From an uncultured Pelagibacterales bacterium (lineage in GTDB: Bacteria; Pseudomonadota; Alphaproteobacteria; TMED109), in contig CAJWSU010000004.1 of assembly GCA_913046335.1 (NCBI GenBank), positions 30,260 to 94,259 of the forward strand: a stretch of DNA of 64,000 bases. The letters run 5' to 3'. This document shows positions 1-7,301 of the stretch, in pieces. Made by a program: the position numbers and the translations under genes. How positions within the stretch are numbered: the first letter of the stretch is position 1; each line of letters begins with the position of its first letter. The notes below the pieces were generated by a model, which saw only the letters and a list, made by a program, of their open reading frames with translations, had not been told where the DNA came from and did no database searches.

Positions 1-40
1 GGTAAGATTAGAACTTACGGTCGATCGGTTAACAGCCGAT
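1..40 (-). pseudogene. tRNA-Asn(GTT)-like 3' half (anticodon arm, variable region, T arm) with no 5' half; truncated by the window edge
   Basis: The minus-strand read gives ATCGG-CTGTTAA-CCGAT (7-nt loop with GTT), then CGACC, then GTAAG-TTCTAAT-CTTAC (T-arm-like). Positions 41-80 are AT-only and cannot form a D arm or acceptor stem. T-loop position 57 is T rather than a purine. Confidence 0.3.
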
Positions 41-150
41 TAATGTAATTATATAAAATCTTCATAAATTCCCCATTAAGTATTCATATTAGTATTTTAA
101 TATAATTCTATATTTTAATAAGGAGTTTAAGTTAGTTTTTCATATGAAAG

Positions 151-336
151 TTGGAAGGAAATACTTTGGAAGTAATGTATAAAATGTGTCTAGGTTTAAT
201 GTTTTTTTTAATAGTTATTCTTTTTATTTCTCACATCTTTTATCAAACTCCTAATTACAATCAGGATTTAACCTTTTCTTTTGAAGAAATGATAATTCCC
301 ACAGAAAATATTGTTGCTATAGTACATGAAGAATAA
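151..336 (+). CDS. hypothetical small membrane protein; probably starts at an internal ATG near 175
   Basis: ORF from a TTG start with a single hydrophobic helix LGLMFFLIVILFISHIF. No family recognised. Confidence 0.3.
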   Translation: MEGNTLEVMYKMCLGLMFFLIVILFISHIFYQTPNYNQDLTFSFEEMIIPTENIVAIVHEE

Positions 337-344
337 CATATGAA

Positions 345-884
345 TTATTTTTTAAGTCTTCGCCATTTCCATGGCTCTAAAAAATCTCCTTTCCATAAAC
401 CTAGCTTATTATTTTTTGCAAATAGTTCTTCATCTACATAATCTTTAGAATATCTTCTATATGCGAGAGCCCAACCTTCTTTAACAAGCCATTCGTTTAT
501 ATTTATATTTTTAACGAAGCATGTAGCTATTAATCTCTTATATCTATCTTTTCCTTGAACACTACATTTTACCTGATGGCTAGAAATTAAATTAATTAAA
601 GCTAGTTTTGCTTTAACCCCACACTTATAATCTTCACCATTTTTATTTTTGCATAACTGTTTTATTTCTGGAGTATCTATGCCGTGCAATCTAATTTTTT
701 TATTATTAAATTTAATAGTGTCGCCATCAGTAATGACCACTTTGTTTGTAGACAATATTTCTTGAGTATCTTTTGCGAATGCACTAAAGCATAATGAAAA
801 CAGCAATGAATATAGTAAAAAATATTTAATATTTATAAACACTCTAACCTTTATTATATTATGGAAGAGGAACTCTGCCACCAT
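345..884 (-). CDS. secreted thermonuclease (staphylococcal nuclease / SNase-like) family protein
   Basis: The translation has a signal-peptide-like N-terminus (LLYSLLFSLCFSAFA) followed by SNase motifs: VITDGDTIKF, IRLHGIDTPE, DRYKRLIATC, EWLVKEGWALAY, GLWKG. The 5' end overlaps the upstream gene, so the true start is probably internal. Confidence 0.85.
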   Translation of the reverse strand: MVAEFLFHNIIKVRVFINIKYFLLYSLLFSLCFSAFAKDTQEILSTNKVVITDGDTIKFNNKKIRLHGIDTPEIKQLCKNKNGEDYKCGVKAKLALINLISSHQVKCSVQGKDRYKRLIATCFVKNININEWLVKEGWALAYRRYSKDYVDEELFAKNNKLGLWKGDFLEPWKWRRLKK

Positions 885-1617
885 CGGTAACTAAAGTTTG
901 TCCAGTAGTAAAGTCTGATTTTTCAGATAGTAAATAACAGACAGTATTAGCAATATCTTGAGGTTTTCCAATTCTTTTTAGTGGAGTAGTCTCAACAATA
1001 GTTTTTCTTGCTTTTTTATCTAAGGCTTGAATCATATCTGTTTCAATAAGTCCTGGTGCTACGGAGTTTATTCTTACATGAGGTGCAACAGCCGAGGATA
1101 AATTTCTAACTAGTGCTATGACGGCCGCTTTAGAAGTTCCGTAAGTTATCATGTTGGGACGTAAACCTAATCCTGCAACTGAAGAGATACAGACTATTCT
1201 TCCAAACTTTCTTTTGATCATTCCAGGCAAAACTTCTTTTATGGGTAAAAGTGTTCCATCGACATTAGTTGCCATAGTTTTTTTCCAAATATCATAATCT
1301 AACTCTAGGGGATTTTTAGAGAGCATTGCTATACCTGCATTTGTAACTAAAAGATCTATAGGTCCTAATTTTTTTTCTGTATTCTTTATTAAATTTTTAA
1401 TATCTTTTTGCTTTGATACATCGGCTTTAAATATTTCTGATTTTACACCAGTTTTATTTACTAATTTTTGAGTTTCTTTTGCGGACTTGATATCTGAATG
1501 ATAATTAATTGCTATTGACGCACCATTTTTTGCTAGCTCAATGGCTATAGCTCTTCCTATACCTCTAGATGCTCCTGTGACTAAAGCAACTTTTCCTTTA
1601 AATTCCATTTGATCCAT
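859..1617 (-). CDS. short-chain dehydrogenase/reductase, FabG-like 3-oxoacyl reductase
   Basis: The translation has TGASRGIGRAIA (cofactor-binding motif), NAGI, and the catalytic S...YGTSKAA (YxxxK). Confidence 0.9.
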   Translation of the reverse strand: MDQMEFKGKVALVTGASRGIGRAIAIELAKNGASIAINYHSDIKSAKETQKLVNKTGVKSEIFKADVSKQKDIKNLIKNTEKKLGPIDLLVTNAGIAMLSKNPLELDYDIWKKTMATNVDGTLLPIKEVLPGMIKRKFGRIVCISSVAGLGLRPNMITYGTSKAAVIALVRNLSSAVAPHVRINSVAPGLIETDMIQALDKKARKTIVETTPLKRIGKPQDIANTVCYLLSEKSDFTTGQTLVTDGGRVPLP

Positions 1618-1685
1618 TTTACTATACTCCTATATATTTAGTAATTTAGAGTAGAGCATTAAAATTAATTGTTAAGGAAAAAAAG

Positions 1686-2477
1686 ATGAAAAAGTTATTT
1701 ATATTTTTGAGTTTTGTATTTTTACTATATTCAAAGTCTATTTTTGCAGATGCATTAGATGTGGCAATTGAAAATATTGATAGGACTCCAGAGAACATGC
1801 AAAGGGATCAATATAGAAACCCTAAAGCTACTTTAAATTTTTTTGGTATCAAACCAAATATGTCAGTTATAGAACTATGGCCAAGCAGAGGATGGTATAG
1901 CGAAATATTAAACCCATTTTTAGAGTCGGAAGGTGATTTTATAGGAGCAGACTTTGATCCTAATTATGGTTCTTGGACTCCTAAAGTCATAAAAAGAAAT
2001 GCAAAGAGTAGAGCAAATAGTAAAACTTTATCTGGAATGAAAATGACAACTCTGTCATTAAATAACGATCCTTTAGCAGAAAAAGAATCTGTAGATATGG
2101 TTCTAACTTTTAGAAATTTACATAATTGGCTCAAAGCGGAAATATTAATGGATGTTTTTAATAAATCCTATGCAGCTCTAAAGCCAGGGGGAATATTTGG
2201 AGTTGTGGAACATAGAGCCCTGGCGAATTCTTCATTAGAAAATATGAAGAAGAGTGGCTATGTAACAGAAGAATTAACAATTGAATATGCTAAAAAAGCA
2301 GGGTTTATACTTGTAGCTAGCAGTGAAATTAATGCAAACCCTAAAGATGGAACTATTCATCCTAAAGGTGTATGGACCTTACCACCTAGTCTTAGACTTG
2401 GAGAAGAAGATAGAGCTAAATATTTAGCCATTGGTGAAAGTGATCGAATGACACTAAAGTTTATGAAGCCTATCTAG
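1686..2477 (+). CDS. class I SAM-dependent methyltransferase-like protein with an N-terminal signal peptide
   Basis: A Sec-type signal (MKKLFIFLSFVFLLYSKSIFA/DA) is followed by VIELWPSRGWYSEIL and LKPGGIFGVVEH, which are motif I and post-I-like Rossmann methyltransferase elements. Confidence 0.75.
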   Translation: MKKLFIFLSFVFLLYSKSIFADALDVAIENIDRTPENMQRDQYRNPKATLNFFGIKPNMSVIELWPSRGWYSEILNPFLESEGDFIGADFDPNYGSWTPKVIKRNAKSRANSKTLSGMKMTTLSLNNDPLAEKESVDMVLTFRNLHNWLKAEILMDVFNKSYAALKPGGIFGVVEHRALANSSLENMKKSGYVTEELTIEYAKKAGFILVASSEINANPKDGTIHPKGVWTLPPSLRLGEEDRAKYLAIGESDRMTLKFMKPI

Positions 2478-2865
2478 TTAGGAATTTTTCTTTTATTGGA
2501 GAAAAATATAATAAGGTCAAAATAGCGCCATCAGTTAAAGTAGCAAGATATTGTAATATATAAGTTATCTGTCCTATAATTTGTATCTTTCCTAAGTATA
2601 AGCAAATTATGTAACTGATTATTGTGAATAGGAATAAACTTTTTCCTATAGCCTTAAAATTATAAAGGCAATAAACAGAAATCACATACATTATTAAAAT
2701 TGATAAAACTAATGCAAGTCCAAATTGCGTATCAAAAAAACCAGGTTCTAGATTCTTTGTATATTCTAATATAAGATTATTCTGAAAATATGCGCTAACT
2801 ATTATTAAGATAAATATACCTATATTTGCTAAAATTAAATTTTTAAATACTTTTTCTAGATTCAT
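2470..2865 (-). CDS. hypothetical polytopic membrane protein (about 4 TM helices)
   Basis: 131-aa ORF made almost entirely of hydrophobic helices. No family recognised. Confidence 0.55.
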   Translation of the reverse strand: MNLEKVFKNLILANIGIFILIIVSAYFQNNLILEYTKNLEPGFFDTQFGLALVLSILIMYVISVYCLYNFKAIGKSLFLFTIISYIICLYLGKIQIIGQITYILQYLATLTDGAILTLLYFSPIKEKFLTR

Positions 2866-2888
2866 TTTTTCATTTCTTAGTTATCATC

Positions 2889-2916
2889 AAAAAGGGAAGT
2901 ACTGAGTACTTCCCTT
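2889..2916 (-). terminator. rho-independent terminator-like hairpin (11-bp perfect stem, 3-nt loop, T-tract on the minus strand)
   Basis: AAGGGAAGTAC-tga-GTACTTCCCTT occupies 2892-2916. On the minus strand the stem is followed by TTT, giving CCCTTTTTG. Confidence 0.55.
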
Positions 2917-2947
2917 CGTGATATTTTAAAAGTAATATTCAATTAAA

Positions 2948-3031
2948 CTATAAAGTAGCCTTATTGAGGTTTACTTCCTGTCTATTTAATTCTTTGAATA
3001 TACTTATTTTGTGATTTATATCACTAGACAT
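2948..3031 (-). CDS. 27-codon small ORF (MSSDINHKISIFKELNRQEVNLNKATL) with a very strong Shine-Dalgarno; small protein or leader peptide
   Basis: The minus strand reads GAAAGGAGGTGgtctaATG: an extended SD complementary to the 16S 3' end, 5 nt before the ATG. The stop is TAG at 2948-2950. The ORF was too short for the supplied track. Confidence 0.4.
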   Translation of the reverse strand: MSSDINHKISIFKELNRQEVNLNKATL

Positions 3032-3097
3032 TAGACCACCTCCTTTCGTTAATTAATAATACTTTAAATGTATGCCCCTCTTTCTAATCTTTCAAGG

Positions 3098-4186
3098 CTA
3101 TATTTTTTTATAAGGGAACTCTTTGAACAGTTCTGGTTTAAATTGCATACCATGTCCGGGAATATTAGGAGGATTTGCTGTTCCATCTTTAGGAATAATA
3201 GGATTTACCCATAAATGATTATACCAACCCATATGCTCTAACCAAGAAGCATTAGGAATTGATGCATTTAAATGTGTGCTCAGTTCCATAAAAAGATGCG
3301 GTGCAATTTTAATATTGTTTTTATTGGCTAAATTAGCAATAACTTTCAGCTCTGTATAACCGCCTCTCATAATATCCGGCTGAAGAGTTGGAACTTTTCC
3401 ACTTTTAATAAAGGGCATCAGGTCATGATGAGTAAAATGATTTTCTCCAGTTGAGAGCGGTGTACTAATAGCATTAGCCACTTCATGATACCCATCAAAA
3501 TTATCTGTCATAACGGGCTCTTCAAGCCATTCTATATTAAAGCCCTCTATCGCTTTTCCAAATGCTATAGATTTTTCCACATCCCATCCTTGATTAACAT
3601 CAATCATAATCTTAATATTATCACCTAGTTCTTGGCGCATATCTCTTACATTTACAACATCTTCATCATGTGTGAAGCCCCATGCTACTTGCATTTTTAT
3701 AGCTTTATAACCTTCTGCAACAAATCTTTTAGCTTTTTCTATCATGCCATCATGACCTAGACCTCGATAGCAACCTGATCCATAAACAGGCAGTGGTGTA
3801 TTGCTTCCCCCCCATAATTCCCATAGAGGTTTACCATTATTCTTTCCTACTAAATCCCATAATGCAATATCAAGTGCAGACATCGCCATTACACTAATAC
3901 CCATCCTTCCTTGAATAAATGTATGATCCCACATTGCCTTCCATAGAGATTCTACTTCTGACGCTTTTTTTCCAATTAATAGAGGTTTGAGCATTTCATG
4001 AATGCACATTTCAATGGTTTGTAATCCACCCATTAATGGGTGTAAATAACCCATTCCTATTAATCCAGAAGATGTTTCAATCTCTACTATTAATAGATCT
4101 ATATTTCCAATATCGATAAAACCTATTTTGGGTGGATCTTCATATGGTACAGAAAGAAGGCGAGTTCGAATATCTGAAATTATCAT
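3098..4186 (-). CDS. enolase-superfamily enzyme, mandelate racemase/muconate lactonizing family (acid-sugar dehydratase-like)
   Basis: The translation has KAIKMQV (KxK), IMIDVNQGW, IEWLEEP, STGEN, and the PDIMRGG...APHLF metal-ligand and catalytic pattern. Confidence 0.9.
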   Translation of the reverse strand: MIISDIRTRLLSVPYEDPPKIGFIDIGNIDLLIVEIETSSGLIGMGYLHPLMGGLQTIEMCIHEMLKPLLIGKKASEVESLWKAMWDHTFIQGRMGISVMAMSALDIALWDLVGKNNGKPLWELWGGSNTPLPVYGSGCYRGLGHDGMIEKAKRFVAEGYKAIKMQVAWGFTHDEDVVNVRDMRQELGDNIKIMIDVNQGWDVEKSIAFGKAIEGFNIEWLEEPVMTDNFDGYHEVANAISTPLSTGENHFTHHDLMPFIKSGKVPTLQPDIMRGGYTELKVIANLANKNNIKIAPHLFMELSTHLNASIPNASWLEHMGWYNHLWVNPIIPKDGTANPPNIPGHGMQFKPELFKEFPYKKI

Positions 4187-4204
4187 AAGGGGTTTTCCTT
4201 TTTT

Positions 4205-5170
4205 TTATAATTTTTTTAGAAAGCCAATTATGCCTTCTGTTGTTTTTTCAGGTGCTTCTTGCTGCACCCAATGTCCTGCTTCTTCAATAATTAATTTTCC
4301 ATAAAAATTGCTACAGTTTTTTCCAGGGTTCTCATACATGTCATGGCCTTTTAAAAATTTTCTGACGCTATCTTTACCTCCTCCAATAAAAAAGCTAGGA
4401 ACTTCAATTTTTAGATCAGATAATTCAGGTATTTTTTCCCAGTCTCTATCTTGGTTTCTATATCTATTGATTGGACCTCTAAAGCCACTATTTTTAAATT
4501 GTTTAATATAAAAATCTAAGTCATCGGAAGTTAACCAATTAGGAAAGGGTTTTGGATCAATAAGCCCGTCTAATAATTCGCTATCTTTATCAAAGTTTGT
4601 CCTTACCTTAGCATCATGCCCTTCTGCAGAAATCCAATAGTATATTTGTCTTAAGGAAGATCCTATATCTTTTTCTAGTTCTTTTTCAGCAACCCCTTCT
4701 TTTTCAAAATAGGTTTGATAGAAAAAATTATCTTTATATATTTGTCTCCACAATTCTATATTGGAAATACTTCCTCTTCTTGCATGAGGGATGCTAAGAC
4801 CAACTACTGCTTTTATTTTATTAGGATGTAAAGCTGCAGCTGTCCAGCAGATAGGAGCTCCCCAATCATGACCTATTAGGATGGCATTTTCTTTATTTTC
4901 CGCATCTATTATATTAATAATATCCCCTACCAAAGAGAGCATATCATATTGTTCCACTTCATATGGCTTAGAGCTTTGTCCATAGCCTCGAACATCTATT
5001 GCTAGAACTTTATAGCCTAAATCTGCAATAGGTTTTAATTGGTGTCGCCATGAGTACCATGATTCAGGCCATCCGTGGACCATTATTACCAGAGGCCCTT
5101 CTCCAATTTCTTTTGCATATATTTTAATATCATTTAAATTAAAATATTTTTCTTTTAATTCATTTATCAT
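4205..5170 (-). CDS. alpha/beta hydrolase, epoxide hydrolase-like (Asp nucleophile type)
   Basis: The translation has HGWPESWYSWRHQ, IGHDWGAPICW (Asp nucleophile elbow), and a C-terminal AGHWVQQE. Confidence 0.85.
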   Translation of the reverse strand: MINELKEKYFNLNDIKIYAKEIGEGPLVIMVHGWPESWYSWRHQLKPIADLGYKVLAIDVRGYGQSSKPYEVEQYDMLSLVGDIINIIDAENKENAILIGHDWGAPICWTAAALHPNKIKAVVGLSIPHARRGSISNIELWRQIYKDNFFYQTYFEKEGVAEKELEKDIGSSLRQIYYWISAEGHDAKVRTNFDKDSELLDGLIDPKPFPNWLTSDDLDFYIKQFKNSGFRGPINRYRNQDRDWEKIPELSDLKIEVPSFFIGGGKDSVRKFLKGHDMYENPGKNCSNFYGKLIIEEAGHWVQQEAPEKTTEGIIGFLKKL

Positions 5171-5182
5171 TTTCTATCTCTT

Positions 5183-5557
5183 TTAATTATTTGCTAAATG
5201 TAATTTGTTTTCTAAAAAATTAATAATATCTTTTGATTCATATAGCCATTGAATATCATTCTTATTATTTTCTATTCTTAAGCAAGGAACTTTTAATTTT
5301 CCTCCTAAATTCTTTAAATCATTTTTATGAGCGTTATTATTTTTAGCATCTTTTAACTCAATATTAAGAGAATATTTTCTTATCTTCCTCCTAACTTTTA
5401 CACAAAAAGGACAAGCTTTATATTGGTATAGGCTCATATTTTTTGTTATTATATTAATTTCTTCTTGTGTCTTATCATCTCTATTCATAGGTTTTGGCCT
5501 AGTGAGAAAGTCTACAGATAAAATAATTATTCCTAATGCCCATCTTATTAAAGTCAT
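5183..5557 (-). CDS. membrane-anchored glutaredoxin-family protein
   Basis: An N-terminal TM helix (WALGIIILSVDFL) is followed by a thioredoxin fold with a CPFC active site and a VPCL motif. Confidence 0.75.
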   Translation of the reverse strand: MTLIRWALGIIILSVDFLTRPKPMNRDDKTQEEINIITKNMSLYQYKACPFCVKVRRKIRKYSLNIELKDAKNNNAHKNDLKNLGGKLKVPCLRIENNKNDIQWLYESKDIINFLENKLHLANN

Positions 5558-5589
5558 TGTTAATTCCTTACAAATTTTATAATTAAGTA

Positions 5590-5961
5590 TTAAGTTAGAA
5601 TCTTTTTTAAATCAGGTTTAAAATATTTAGGACCTTTCATTACTTTTCCAACTTCGTTATATATAGGTCTTCCATTTTCATCTAATTTACTCATATTAGA
5701 ATCTTGAACTTCACTAAAACAGTTATCAAGATTAATACCAAAGGCATGACCAGCACCATAAGTAACATATAGGATATCGGTTAACGCATCTGCTATTTCA
5801 ATAATATCTTTTTGATCAATAGCTTCTCTTAATTCATCTAGTTCTTCTTTAATTAAATCATATCTAAGTTCGGTAGTTTGCGTATCAGGGAATTCTGTTT
5901 TTTCTTTAACTTCCTGTCCAAAGGTTTCCATAAAAACTTTTACTTTTTGAAAATTACTCAT
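5590..5961 (-). CDS. MazG-like all-alpha nucleoside triphosphate pyrophosphohydrolase
   Basis: The translation has the EELDELREA ... [12 protein letters not shown] pattern (ExxE...ExxD metal-binding). Confidence 0.7.
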   Translation of the reverse strand: MSNFQKVKVFMETFGQEVKEKTEFPDTQTTELRYDLIKEELDELREAIDQKDIIEIADALTDILYVTYGAGHAFGINLDNCFSEVQDSNMSKLDENGRPIYNEVGKVMKGPKYFKPDLKKILT

Positions 5962-5978
5962 ATTTACTCCTAAAAAAT

Positions 5979-6055
5979 TGGTGCACCCGATGGGATTTGA
6001 ACCTACAACCTTTGCCTTCGGAGGGCAACGCTCTATCCAGTTGAGCTACGGGTGC
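5979..6055 (-). tRNA. tRNA-Arg (anticodon CCG)
   Basis: The minus strand folds as GCACCCG/TA/GCTC-AACTGGATA-GAGC/G/TTGCC-CTCCGAA-GGCAA/AGGTT/GTAGG-TTCAAAT-CCCAT/CGGGTGC/ACCA. CCA is encoded. There is one A-C mismatch in the T stem. Confidence 0.9.
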
Positions 6056-6109
6056 CTTAAATTATATATTTATTATAATATATAATTTAACTTATTATGT
6101 TATTAATTT

Positions 6110-6355
6110 TTGATATATATAAAATGTATGAATGAAATTAATTCAAAATATTTATGGAAATGTATTCAAGAGGCTGGAGATTATTTATCTGGTCAATTGC
6201 CTTCTCATCCTAATCATCCAAAAGGAAGAAACCCTTATGCACACGTAGCATTATGTATCAAAAATAAATTTAACATGACTTACAAAGACATTGAGGATGA
6301 TTCATTGAATGAAGTATTGGCTTACATAGAGTTTTTAAAAAATAACCCCCAATAA
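6110..6355 (+). CDS. hypothetical protein (likely real start ATG at 6128)
   Basis: 81-codon ORF from a TTG start, soluble, with no recognised motif. It sits beside tRNA-Arg. Confidence 0.45.
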   Translation: MIYIKCMNEINSKYLWKCIQEAGDYLSGQLPSHPNHPKGRNPYAHVALCIKNKFNMTYKDIEDDSLNEVLAYIEFLKNNPQ

Positions 6356-6363
6356 GACTATGT

Positions 6364-7278
6364 TTATTCCCATATTCTATCTGAGTATCTATTCAATGCT
6401 GTAATCTTTTTTATTGGAATATTAATTTCTCTTTTATATATTTCTTTATTCAACCAGTTTATTTCTTCTTCATATTCCGTTGTTTCTGTCCACCACACTT
6501 TACCATTTATTTGATCAGCAGGTCTCCATCTATAACCTCTTCTTCTTAGTTTAGTTCTTTTATCATAAGGAGCATCTATGGCTTTGACTAGGTATGAAGG
6601 TTTAGCAGCATACTCTCGAAGTACAGAGAAAACAGTTGCATCTCTTTTAGGAAGCGTTTCAGATAATAAAGCTAAGCAAGCTTCACAGTCATTAAATGCA
6701 TCATGGCCAGTATAAAACCATCCATAATTCATTCCTAATAGTTCTAGCTTTGCAGAACTAAAGCCTTCTTTTAACCAATTTATAGACCTAAAAGTGCATG
6801 CCCAAGATACATTTTTAAAGCAATCCCAATGTTGTTCAACCATAGGCCTGTCATAGGCTGCGTTGTGCGCTATGACCAGATCTGTACTATTTATAATCTC
6901 CTCAACTTCTTCGGCGTTTATAGTTTTGTTTATTACCATATCATTAGTAATTCCAGTGATTAGAGAAGCTTCTTCTGATATAGGAACTCTAGGCTCTCTC
7001 ATACCGTTAAACGCTTTATCTTTATTAATTCGTGTAATTTTTCCTGAAGATGTTTCATATTCAAAGGGCAAAAGAGCTAGCTGGATTACGTCATCATGTC
7101 CGATAGATAATCCTGTAGCCTCTACATCTAAAACAATTCCTTTTTTAACTTCTTCTCCTGAAGGATCATTATACTTTTCGGGTAAATGAAGCTTTCTAAT
7201 CAATTTCCAATTAGATTCGTTGACTTCAGTTTTGATTATATCTGAAACACTATTTTCAAAATGGTTATATTTATTCAT
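6364..7278 (-). CDS. DEDDh 3'-5' exonuclease (DnaQ/epsilon-like domain) with a basic Trp-rich C-terminal domain
   Basis: The translation has VLDVEATG, IAHNAAYDRPM and GHDAFNDCEA exonuclease motifs. The C-terminal region reads KLRRRGYRWRPADQINGKVWWTE. Confidence 0.85.
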   Translation of the reverse strand: MNKYNHFENSVSDIIKTEVNESNWKLIRKLHLPEKYNDPSGEEVKKGIVLDVEATGLSIGHDDVIQLALLPFEYETSSGKITRINKDKAFNGMREPRVPISEEASLITGITNDMVINKTINAEEVEEIINSTDLVIAHNAAYDRPMVEQHWDCFKNVSWACTFRSINWLKEGFSSAKLELLGMNYGWFYTGHDAFNDCEACLALLSETLPKRDATVFSVLREYAAKPSYLVKAIDAPYDKRTKLRRRGYRWRPADQINGKVWWTETTEYEEEINWLNKEIYKREINIPIKKITALNRYSDRIWE

Positions 7279-7301
7279 AAAATTGCGTCAAAGCCTTTTT
7301 A

